A stretch of 32,000 nucleotides of DNA from Peristeroidobacter soli (GTDB lineage: Bacteria > Pseudomonadota > Gammaproteobacteria > Steroidobacterales > Steroidobacteraceae): contig NZ_RYEV01000004.1 of NCBI RefSeq assembly GCF_004138485.1, positions 163,718-195,717 of the forward strand, written 5' to 3'. This document shows, one piece after another, positions 19,945-28,300 of the stretch. The notes under the pieces were generated by a model, which was given only the letters and a program-made list of their open reading frames with translations, was not told the DNA's origin and did no database searches. Both the position numbers and the translations under genes were made by a program. Each line of letters opens with the position of its first letter. The stretch's first letter is position 1.

Positions 19945-20036
19945 GGAGAGATGGCCGAGTGGTCGAAGGCGCTGGACTGGAATTCCAGTAACATCCTCAC
20001 AGGTGTTCCAGGGTTCGAATCCCTGTCTCTCCGCCA
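19945..20036 (+). tRNA. tRNA-Ser (anticodon GGA)
   Basis: GGAGAGA ... TCTCTCC acceptor pairing, G discriminator, encoded CCA; anticodon stem CTGGA/TCCAG with loop CTGGAAT; long variable arm; T-arm CAGGGTTCGAATCCCTG. Confidence 0.98.
19975..20036 (+). repeat. attL-like direct repeat (3' 62 bp of tRNA-Ser)
   Basis: GACTGGAATTCCAGTAACATCCTCACAGGTGTTCCAGGGTTCGAATCCCTGTCTCTCCGCCA, identical to 25305..25366; flanks diverge on both sides. Confidence 0.95.
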
Positions 20037-20156
20037 CCTATCCAAGAAAAATAAGAATTTACGAACGACTTCCCCGTTTGTACCCCAAACCAACCCTCAA
20101 AAAGTTACCGGTTGGAGGGGCTTTAATAGTTCGTTGGTGCCTATGCCCTGCTAGCT

Positions 20157-20654
20157 TTAGATTTCTCCTGGCATGAGCATCCCGCAAAACAGTAGCAACT
20201 TGCCAAGATCAATCTCGGCGCGAGTCCAGTTCTGCGGCATACCTCCTTCTTTGGAGTCGCACACGAACTGTGGGGCTGCATCTGCGGAGAACTGCCATCG
20301 GTAGCCCGTGCCGTGAATGACCTTATTCGCAATATCCCGGAGCGTCAGCGCGCGCGTTTGACCGCTGGCAACGATCAAGGTCCCGAACTCAACGTCAGTA
20401 TGCTCCTTCATATGCTTTCCAACGTTCTCTTCGTCATCTAGTGCGCGCAGGTACACGGCTAGTTCTAAGAAAGCTTGTATTGCTCGATGCTCCGCCATTT
20501 CGAATACAACGACGCCCAAGTTCGCGAACTCCCCTCTGAAATTCTTCTGGCAGTAAATCTCAAGCGGCGTCCGGCTAAACGCAAATTGGAACACCACACA
20601 CATGTTGCGTTCCATTAGCTGCTTCATTGGGAGCGGAATCTTTAGCGTACTCAT
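20157..20654 (-). CDS. Hypothetical protein (165 aa)
   Basis: Open frame with plausible composition: MSTLKIPLPMKQLMERNMCVVFQFAFSRTPLEIYCQKNFRGEFANLGVVVFEMAEHRAIQAF...; no family recognised with confidence. Confidence 0.6.
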   Translation of the reverse strand: MSTLKIPLPMKQLMERNMCVVFQFAFSRTPLEIYCQKNFRGEFANLGVVVFEMAEHRAIQAFLELAVYLRALDDEENVGKHMKEHTDVEFGTLIVASGQTRALTLRDIANKVIHGTGYRWQFSADAAPQFVCDSKEGGMPQNWTRAEIDLGKLLLFCGMLMPGEI

Positions 20655-20769
20655 AATTCAACGATGCACTTCAGTCATAGAGACCGTCAAGTTGGGTATA
20701 GAAAAGACCGGGCAGAAAGGACGCACTACCCGGCAACCGCAATCGCAACGCCGGCACTGAACTCTGCGA

Positions 20770-21129
20770 TTAGTCGAAGCCGCCAACGCGGGAATTCATC
20801 TTGCTGGCTTGCAACTTATCGGCGAAGTACATGCACACTTTCGCCGCCGTCGCCTTGAACTTGACCGGTACATCCTGAAGCGCGTCGCTGCGCTCCATCT
20901 TTTCCCATACCTTGGGCCCATGGGTCTTGATGGCATCAAAGCGCATGCTGCTGTGAGCCTTCTCGTTCAATCCGAGTAGGAACGACTCGGAATTGAAAAG
21001 CACAATGACAATGTTCTTGTTCGTTCGAACAAGGTCATACAGCTTCGTAACACCGTCTTCCCTCGCAGCTTGTTCGCGAATGAATGTCATGATGGCCGCG
21101 TCGCATGCCAACTGATCAGTCGCTTGCAA
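20770..21129 (-). CDS. Hypothetical protein (119 aa)
   Basis: MQATDQLACDAAIMTFIREQAAREDGVTKLYDLVRTNKNIVIVLFNSESFLLGL...; same strand as its neighbours; no family recognised. Confidence 0.55.
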   Translation of the reverse strand: MQATDQLACDAAIMTFIREQAAREDGVTKLYDLVRTNKNIVIVLFNSESFLLGLNEKAHSSMRFDAIKTHGPKVWEKMERSDALQDVPVKFKATAAKVCMYFADKLQASKMNSRVGGFD

Positions 21130-21242
21130 GTAGCACAGGTCAACGCGAAATTTGTCTGCGGACGAGATTCAGTGTGTGCGAGCTGATGACAAGCAATGGA
21201 TGCGCTCAGGACCTCCGCAGTTCCCATAGAACCGCACCACTT

Positions 21243-22232
21243 CTAACGCATCCACTGGAATTGCGCAGGGTTGAACGGAGCACTTCCCACCGCGCCCACG
21301 ATCAGCGCGAACCCGATGACTCCGATGAGCCTTCTATTCTGTAATACACGATGGCGAGCGACGGCATAGATGGTGCGATCGATCAATGGCCAAACGAACT
21401 TGTGGAGCAGAACGACACCGAAGACGATGGTGAACACAGACGCGGTTACCACCAGAAAGGCTCGACTTGCCATGAGGAGCACCAGAAATGACCCCAGCCA
21501 TGGATTCCGGTGCATAACGCCAGCAATCATTCCGGATTGCCCGACAGTAAGCAGAATACCTGGCGCGGCGAGATAGATAAGAAGTGATATGAGCGTTGGC
21601 AACAGCTTCTGCGATGCACTCACCTTGCGCGAGACCCACCGGACAAGTAATGACCACAGGAAATCGATTGGGACCGACAAGGCCAATGAGCCGACAAAAA
21701 TGTAGTTGATGAGCAAGAATTCCGGGCCATATGGATCGGGGCGACGGACATACTCTGATGCAATCGTCCAAGTAAACATGATCAGGAATATTGCAAAAGA
21801 GAGTGGCAGCAGGAATATCAAGCGTTCGATCCTTCTGCCGCCCATGAGCGCCGGCAAACTGCCGAGCGCAACAAAAATGACTGGCATGGCCCATACTGCT
21901 GGAATATTCGGTCGGCCCGTGGCAGCAATCAAGTACACGGACATCGAAGCGAGCGCGTAGCTAAAGGACACCCCAACTGCTCGAACCGAAAACAGGGTGG
22001 GACCGAAGATCGCGTCAAATGCTCGCGAGCTTAACTTGGCAGTTTCGGTAACTAGGCGCCGTATGAATGTGCTTGCATTATCGGACCGATCGTTGACGCG
22101 AATCCATAAGTTCTCGAGAGCGTTATGCAGCCGGCTCTCTTCATCCTCATAGAGAAAGAACGCGATGTACAGACAAAGGCTGCCGACTGCGATTGCAAGG
22201 ATTTGGATGGCCATTGTTGATGCTTCTGTCAT
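21243..22232 (-). CDS. Hypothetical multi-pass integral membrane protein (329 aa)
   Basis: Multiple hydrophobic helices (AIQILAIAVGSLCLYIAFFLY, IPAVWAMPVIFVALGSLPAL, LIFLLPLSFAIFLIMFTWTI, VVTASVFTIVFGVVLLHKFVW, LIGVIGFALIVGAVGS). Confidence 0.75.
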   Translation of the reverse strand: MTEASTMAIQILAIAVGSLCLYIAFFLYEDEESRLHNALENLWIRVNDRSDNASTFIRRLVTETAKLSSRAFDAIFGPTLFSVRAVGVSFSYALASMSVYLIAATGRPNIPAVWAMPVIFVALGSLPALMGGRRIERLIFLLPLSFAIFLIMFTWTIASEYVRRPDPYGPEFLLINYIFVGSLALSVPIDFLWSLLVRWVSRKVSASQKLLPTLISLLIYLAAPGILLTVGQSGMIAGVMHRNPWLGSFLVLLMASRAFLVVTASVFTIVFGVVLLHKFVWPLIDRTIYAVARHRVLQNRRLIGVIGFALIVGAVGSAPFNPAQFQWMR

Positions 22233-22555
22233 GATCGATTTCGGACGACCTCCTCACACCGTAGTCATAGTCGGCGAATGTCAACTTCTCAGCGGGCCTG
22301 GTCCTGCGACACTGCGCCCAACGTTCCATAGACCCTGCCACACGGGAACGAGCCGGCAATGTCGCATTATATGCGAGAAGACGTGAGCAAGGGTCGGTCC
22401 GCACGACAGGAAATATTTGATCGAGTTCACGACCTTTTATTGGAAACAGCGGGTCAAGCCGATGGTACTGCTCAAACCGACAAAGGCGAACCGGCAGAGA
22501 TCGACCAAGCCATCGACCGTCGATGGGGCTACGCGCGTTTCTTGAGGTGACCTAG

Positions 22556-22900
22556 ACTGAGTTGCTTGATATTGCGACTAGCCAGGACTGGAAAACGAAG
22601 AAAGCCTATAACAACGGACTCACACCGCTGCGCCGTGCTTTCGCGTTCGAAAATCATCTGGACGGGAAGAACCCGGCGGAGAATCTGGAGAACTTTCGGG
22701 TCACGATAAAGATCGCCGACCGTCGAGGAGCCCTCACCGCGCAAGAGACCGCACTCATCATCGCGTCCATTCATGGCAAACGGGGGGCGAGCTCATCGGC
22801 AACTATGATGAGTTCCAGTTTTTCACCGGCCTGCGGTAGTCGGAGCAGATTACGCTATGTGCGCACAATGCAGCCGGTTGGACCGAAGAAGATATCGTGC
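22556..22900 (+). pseudogene. Degenerate phage/island tyrosine recombinase (integrase) remnant
   Basis: TELLDIATSQDWKTKKAYNNGLTPLRRAFAFENHLDGKNPAENLENFRVTIKIADRRGALTAQETALIIASIHGKRG, then a -/+1 shift at a G run (about 22790) to ELIGNYDEFQFFTGLR*SEQITL, the first catalytic Arg box interrupted by TAG. Right boundary approximate. Confidence 0.78.
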
Positions 22901-23153
22901 GAACAAACAAGCAATGGCGGCGAGGTAACCGGCGGGCGCATCAGGGCGCCCTCGCATGCCCGCAGGCTCCCCAGCAAACGCAACTTGAAGCCATCCGCTC
23001 CGGTTGGGAACCAAGTAAGTCACTGACTTTAATGGCGACTTGAGCCCAAGGCCACCTGAAGTCCCCGCTCCTACCACCATAGCTGCCACCAATTGCGCGT
23101 CGAGGGCGCCCTCCAGCTGACTCTCTCCGAGCGTTATTTTTGAAAAAAATATT

Positions 23154-23176
23154 TAATCGTAGCCCTACTACGATTA
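23154..23176. promoter_or_regulatory. Candidate AbiEi operator 1 (perfect inverted repeat)
   Basis: TAATCGTAG-CCCTA-CTACGATTA: 9-bp arms, 5-nt spacer, 23 bp total. Confidence 0.7.
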
Positions 23177-23212
23177 TCTTGAAAAATTTAAACTTTGGAG
23201 GAATACTTGTAT

Positions 23213-23229
23213 TCGTAGCATGACTACGA
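23213..23229. promoter_or_regulatory. Candidate AbiEi operator 2, overlapping the annotated ATG
   Basis: TCGTAG-CATGA-CTACGA: same 6-bp core arms and same 5-nt spacer as operator 1, centres 56 bp apart. Confidence 0.62.
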
Positions 23230-23963
23230 CACGACACACTATCCTAAAGACCGTCCTGGCGCGTTTGCCCGCCGGTGCTCCCGTGACCTCGGCCGACCTG
23301 ACCGGGTACGGAGTTTCGCCGGACCTCGCCGTTCACTATGTTCGAGCCGGGTGGCTCAACCGGCTCGAGCGCGGTGTGTTTCTACGCCCTGGCGATACGT
23401 TATCGCTCGCTCCCTCTCTGCTGTTGCTAGAACGCAAGCTGACCGGATTGCATGTCGGTGGGAAATCGGCGTTGGAGTGGCACGGCATACGCCACTACGT
23501 CTCGCAGCAGACGACGCTGCATCTTTACGGCTGGGTGGCGGGTCGCCTTCCCGCGTGGTTCACAGACCAATTCCCCTCGGACTACCACCGCAAACGCCTT
23601 TTTAAAGAAAAGCCAGAGACCCCGCTGCATGTGGCTCGCTTCGAAGGGCTGCAAGCGGGCGGCAACCCACTGGTGTCGTCGCCTGAGCGCGCCCTACTCG
23701 AACTGCTTAGCGAGGTCGGCGTCCGCCAGCCACTGTCGGAAGCTCGTGAGCTCACCGAAGGCACTCACACACTGCGTGCTAGCGCCTTATCGAATCTGCT
23801 CAAACACTGCACGAGCGTTAAAACGGTCCGCCTCTGCCTCACGCTTGGACGGGAACTCTCCTCACCCTGGGTTAGCAAACTCGATCCCAAGCAACTTCCC
23901 ACGGGCAGTGACAAACCGTGGGTGTCGCGATCCTCCGAAGGCACACTGGTATTGAAGCCGTGA
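23220..23963 (+). CDS. Type IV toxin-antitoxin system antitoxin AbiEi family protein
   Basis: VLARLPAGAPVTSADLTGYGVSPDLAVHYVRAGWLNRLERGVFLRPGD (winged-helix N-domain), LHVGGKSALEWHGIRHYV, SSPERALLELLSEV; 4-nt overlap with downstream toxin gene. Confidence 0.9.
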   Translation: MTTTRHTILKTVLARLPAGAPVTSADLTGYGVSPDLAVHYVRAGWLNRLERGVFLRPGDTLSLAPSLLLLERKLTGLHVGGKSALEWHGIRHYVSQQTTLHLYGWVAGRLPAWFTDQFPSDYHRKRLFKEKPETPLHVARFEGLQAGGNPLVSSPERALLELLSEVGVRQPLSEARELTEGTHTLRASALSNLLKHCTSVKTVRLCLTLGRELSSPWVSKLDPKQLPTGSDKPWVSRSSEGTLVLKP

Positions 23964-24877
23964 ATCAGGTGTATCTCGACACCGCTCGCTTGCTCACGCA
24001 AGTCGCACCTCTCGTGCTGAACACAGATGACTTTGCCCTCAAAGGCGGCACTGCAATCAACTTGTTCCTCCGAGACATGCCACGGCTGTCGGTCGACCTC
24101 GATCTCGCATTCATCGATCACACCCTCTCGCGCGAGGACGCACTCAAGCGCATCAGCGATACACTCCATGGAAGCCGAAAACAGCTGCAGCGATTGGGCT
24201 TCAACGTCAGAACCGTTGCGGTTGCAAGCGCTCCGGACACCAAAATGTTCGTCCGTCGACAGAACATCGAGATCAAAGTTGAAGTCAATTTCGTCACTCG
24301 CGGCCTGGTCGGCCGCGTGGTCTCACGATCACTCACGCAGCGAGCACAGGACGCTCTCCAGGCGGAAACCGAAGTCCCCATCGCCTCGAGCGAGGACGTC
24401 TATGCGGGCAAGCTGGTCGCAGCGCTCGACCGACAGCATCCACGCGACCTGTTTGATGTAATGCAGCTATTTGAGCACGAAGGCATTACACCAGCGATCC
24501 GCCGTGCGTTCGTCCTCTATCTCGCCAGCCACGATCGCCCGCTTCACGAAGTGCTCGCCCCAAAGCGTCGAGACCTCACGCTGGACTATGAAGGCGCCTT
24601 TAAGGGCATGACGGCTGACGTCGTTCCCCTGGATCAACTCGAGGGGGCACGCGAACGTCTCGTCGCTGATCTCCAACGGGACCTCGATGCGACCGAGCGC
24701 CAGTTCCTCCTATCGTTTGTGAACCTGACACCTGAATGGGCGCTGCTGAATATTCCGCACGCTGCAACCCTGCCCGCGCTTCGCTGGAAGATCTCGAACT
24801 TGGAACGCCTGCGGGAGAAGAATCCAGCAAAGTTCGCCCAGCAGGCGGATTCATTGGCCGCAGTCCTCAATATGTAG
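23960..24877 (+). CDS. Type IV toxin-antitoxin system toxin AbiEii family nucleotidyltransferase
   Basis: GTG start at 23960 (NQVYLDTARLLTQVAPLVLN); FALKGGTAINLFLRDMPRLSVDLDLAF (GG-T...DxD NTase motif), SSEDVYAGKLVAALDRQHPRDLFDVMQL. The track start (23918) would add 14 codons. Confidence 0.92.
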   Translation: MNQVYLDTARLLTQVAPLVLNTDDFALKGGTAINLFLRDMPRLSVDLDLAFIDHTLSREDALKRISDTLHGSRKQLQRLGFNVRTVAVASAPDTKMFVRRQNIEIKVEVNFVTRGLVGRVVSRSLTQRAQDALQAETEVPIASSEDVYAGKLVAALDRQHPRDLFDVMQLFEHEGITPAIRRAFVLYLASHDRPLHEVLAPKRRDLTLDYEGAFKGMTADVVPLDQLEGARERLVADLQRDLDATERQFLLSFVNLTPEWALLNIPHAATLPALRWKISNLERLREKNPAKFAQQADSLAAVLNM

Positions 24878-25304
24878 CTCGCGAGTTTCTCTCATTTTCT
24901 CGTCAGGCCGACGGCGACGAGACCATCGTGGCGCAGAGACGCGCGTGTTCATGTGCGCTGTGGGTATGCTAAAAAGCAATGGCCAATTTTCTTCGGTCGC
25001 AATCGCTGCCTTTTTCCAGACGCCGTCCTCGCCGGCTGAAAATCCATAGGAGTTTCGCAGTGCGCTTACCCGGGCCTGAGCCAGCCCGCTCGTATACAAT
25101 CAAGCCGCTTAAGATGCTGGAACGGAGCGACGAGGCCTCGAACTTTCGGTACGCGCGCCGTCGAGCTTGGCGGTGAAGCCGGTACCCATTCTGTACCCAA
25201 CAGAGGAAAAGCGAGCGTGATCTGGGGTAACGAAGAGCCTTCGAGTTTGGCTGTAACACCTTACGCTGGCTCATGTTAGCTGTTAGTCGCTGCTGTGAAG
25301 ATGA

Positions 25305-25366
25305 GACTGGAATTCCAGTAACATCCTCACAGGTGTTCCAGGGTTCGAATCCCTGTCTCTCCGCCA
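25305..25366 (+). repeat. attR-like direct repeat (tRNA-Ser 3' fragment, not a complete tRNA)
   Basis: 62 bp identical to 19975..20036; the tRNA 5' half is missing upstream. Confidence 0.95.
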
Positions 25367-25395
25367 GATCCCCCCCTCGTGCCGGCGCACGCCTC

Positions 25396-28300
25396 TCAAT
25401 ACTCCTTTTTGAATTGAGGGTGCACCCAGCGAAACTCCTGCCGCTTCGAGAGCACCCGAACCAGGCCGCCGTAGTTCGCCGCCGGGTCCACTCGCCTCAG
25501 CAGGGCATGGAACTCTCTCAAGCCGGCGCCATCCGCCACGACGACGGCGCCGGGACCTTGCAACCAACGCTCGCTCTCGGCGGCCGTCTCATCTAGGAGC
25601 TCTCCGGCACCGAGCGTCGCGTCGATCACCTCCTTGGAGAAATCGAGCTGATGCTCGAGCTCCTTGTACCGCGCCTCCTCGATGAGCAGCGGCGCGCCGG
25701 AAACCGCCACGGGCAGAACAAGCCTCAGCGCGGTATTCATCACCTTCAAATAAGGCGCGACCGTTTTGAACCAGGCTCGGTCCAGCTCGATCTCATACAC
25801 CCCGACGCGCTCGTCGCCGCCCAGGAAATGGGTCGGCAGGCGCGAATGTTCGCACCATAGGGTGATTCTGAATTTCGCGGAGAGCCACTGCCGCGGATGA
25901 AACTTGCTTCGCTCGACGGGCGCCACGCTGATCAGACGCGGTCCGTTGACGGCCTCATCGGTCAAAGAGCGAACGATGGCGGCATAGCAACTGTCGGCGC
26001 GACTGAGCAGCTCGCGCTGCCCCGCCGTCAGCTCCGACACTCGAGCGATGAGCGCACCGTGATGCGCGGTGAGCAGTTGCCGGATGTCACGCAGCTCCTG
26101 AACGATGCGCGCGCCTTGTAAATCAGCCGGCACCGGCGCGGCCGGAAGCGCATTCCGAAGCAAATGGTCGATCTGCTGCCACATGCCGCACGTCGGACAG
26201 GGAAACTCGGAGCGCCCTCCGCGCTTGCTCGCCAGCAGTGGATCCACGCGAAACAGACCGGTGCCCGCCGCGCCCCGACCGCACGGATGAACGCATGGGA
26301 CCATGACTTCGCACTCCAGTCCGGTCCAGTAGCTCTCCACCAGATATTTCACCTCACTGGTGAGCATCGCAAGCAAGCGCTCGGGGTAAGCCGCGCGCAC
26401 CGTGATGCGAACGTTCGAATCGACGTACTCGAGCAACGCCCGGCCGTTGTAGCTGTCATCGACCACCAGTCCGCGCTGCCAGTGCACGCTGTGAGCGAAG
26501 TTCACACGCCCCAGCGAGTACTTATGCAGACGCACGATCAATTGATAAAACAGCCCCTCGGCCAGTGCCGGAGTCCCTTTGCCGTCGACGATTCTGCAGA
26601 TCTGCTGCTGCTGCTGATCCCCGCTCTGGAGCGAGGCGTCGGGCCAGACCTGCTGCAGATCGACCATCGGCCTGACATCGGGAACGAGCTGAGCGATGAG
26701 GCTCGTGTAAGCAAGCGGGCGCGCGTCGATGACCGCGTGCGACACGTGACTGGCCGCCTGCAATTTCACCTGCTGGCTGAAACTCAGACTATCGATCGGC
26801 TCACCCGCGAGCACGACCTTGTAAGAGATGTCGAATCGTTCCATGAGCCGCAGAAACAATGGATGCAGATCGGGCGCATATCGGACTGCCTCGGGCCGCC
26901 GCGGATCGTTCCAGAGTTGACTCAGGCGCGTGAAGCTCACCAGGCCCCGGCTGTCCCGCGTGACCTTGTCGTCGAGCACGAAACTGATCGCGGTGGCGAG
27001 CCAATCCGGCTTGAGAATGACGAGATCGCGCAGCGCCAGATCGTGTTCGTAGTGAATCAAGTGGCCGAGCCGATGTGAGATTGCGAGGAACAGCGCGATC
27101 TCCTCGTCGCTCATCGCGAAGCCACGACAAATCTTCCGGACTGTCTCGACACTCAGGTAAGGCGCGCCCCGATGCAACAGTCGCTGACGGGCTCCGCGCC
27201 ATTTGAGCGGTGCGACCCGTCGGACATCCGGTAACTCGAGCGCCGCACGGCCAATGGCCTCTCTGAGCTCCGGGACACCGCGACGATGCCGCTGGGAGTC
27301 GGGCTTGTTCTCGACATGAAAGAAATCGAGCACGGTGTCGCGCCCGAACAGATCCCACAACTCCTGTCGGTCGATATCGGGCTGCCGTTCATCCGGGCCA
27401 CCGTGCGTGCCCACCACGAAGATTTTCGCGGCGGGCGCACGATGCAAGATCAGGCGAATCCACTCCTTCACCAGATTCTGCTGTGCCCCCTCGCGCGGTT
27501 TCCAGACCACCAGGTAAATCGCAGGCGCGGAGAAGAACAATTGATGCGTGGGCCGATAGACGCGCTGCCCGCCGAAATCCCAGCAGTTCAGCGACAGCCC
27601 CGGCGCCCCCGGTGCGCTGATTTTCATCGGCTGAACCTGGATGCCGTGCGTCGAGGAGTGTTCCTTCCACGGCCGCTCGCACAGCGCATCCAGCAGACAC
27701 GTCTTGCCCACCTCGCCTTCGCCGACCAGGATGAGCTTCGCCTCGAACAGCGGCGCGTGTTCCAGCTTCTGCGCCTTCAGGTACGTCTTGAGCGACGGGA
27801 AACCCAGTTCGATCGCGGCTCGCAACTCGTAGGACAGCGGATTCTTCCCGCTCTCCAGATAGGAGAGATTGCACTCAGCCAACGACGGCGGCAGCGTGAC
27901 GAGGTGGTTGCGATCGACCCAGAGGCTCTGCAGGCCCGTATTGCCGATCGAGTCCGGCAGGTTCATCAGCTCGTTCTCGGAGAGTCGCAACTCCCGCAGG
28001 TTCCTGAGAGCGCCAATGGCATCGGGCAACGACCGCAGCTTGTTGCGATGAAGAATCAAGACTTCCAGAGCGCGACACCGTGTCAGCTCCGCCGGCAATT
28101 CCGTCAGCGCATTGTTGTGAGCAAATAGCTCCCGAAGCGAGCGCCACTCACTGCAGTAGCCCGGCAGACTCTGCAGACGATTGTTCGAGATCAACAGCGC
28201 TCTGAGCGACGCCATCCCGCGCAGAGCATCGCCCATGCGCTCGATCCCACAACTGGTCAGATTCAGATACTCCAACTGCGACAACAGCCGCAACGACTCC

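Larger units (their letters stand above)
20037..25366. mobile_element. tRNA-Ser-integrated genomic island, likely immobile (integrase decayed)
   Basis: Exact 62-bp tRNA-derived direct repeat at both ends, one intact tRNA copy; degenerate tyrosine recombinase inside; AbiE toxin-antitoxin and orphan genes; visibly lower GC than flanks. Confidence 0.9.

Noticed and set aside
22359-22550. 63-aa plus-strand ORF upstream of the integrase remnant as a real gene
   Set aside because: No recognisable family, adjacent to decayed sequence; may be integrase N-terminal debris but unsupported.
22562-23026. 154-aa ORF as an intact protein
   Set aside because: Only the N-terminal ~75 residues match integrase sequence; the rest is out of frame relative to the conserved box, so it is a pseudogene artefact.
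25305-25366. A second tRNA-Ser gene
   Set aside because: Lacks the acceptor 5' strand and D-arm; only the 62-bp 3' part is present, so it is an att duplication.
25391-25418. CTCAAT...ATTGAG inverted repeat at the ROCO 3' end as a terminator
   Set aside because: Short 6-bp arms with a long loop and partly coding; too weak to call.
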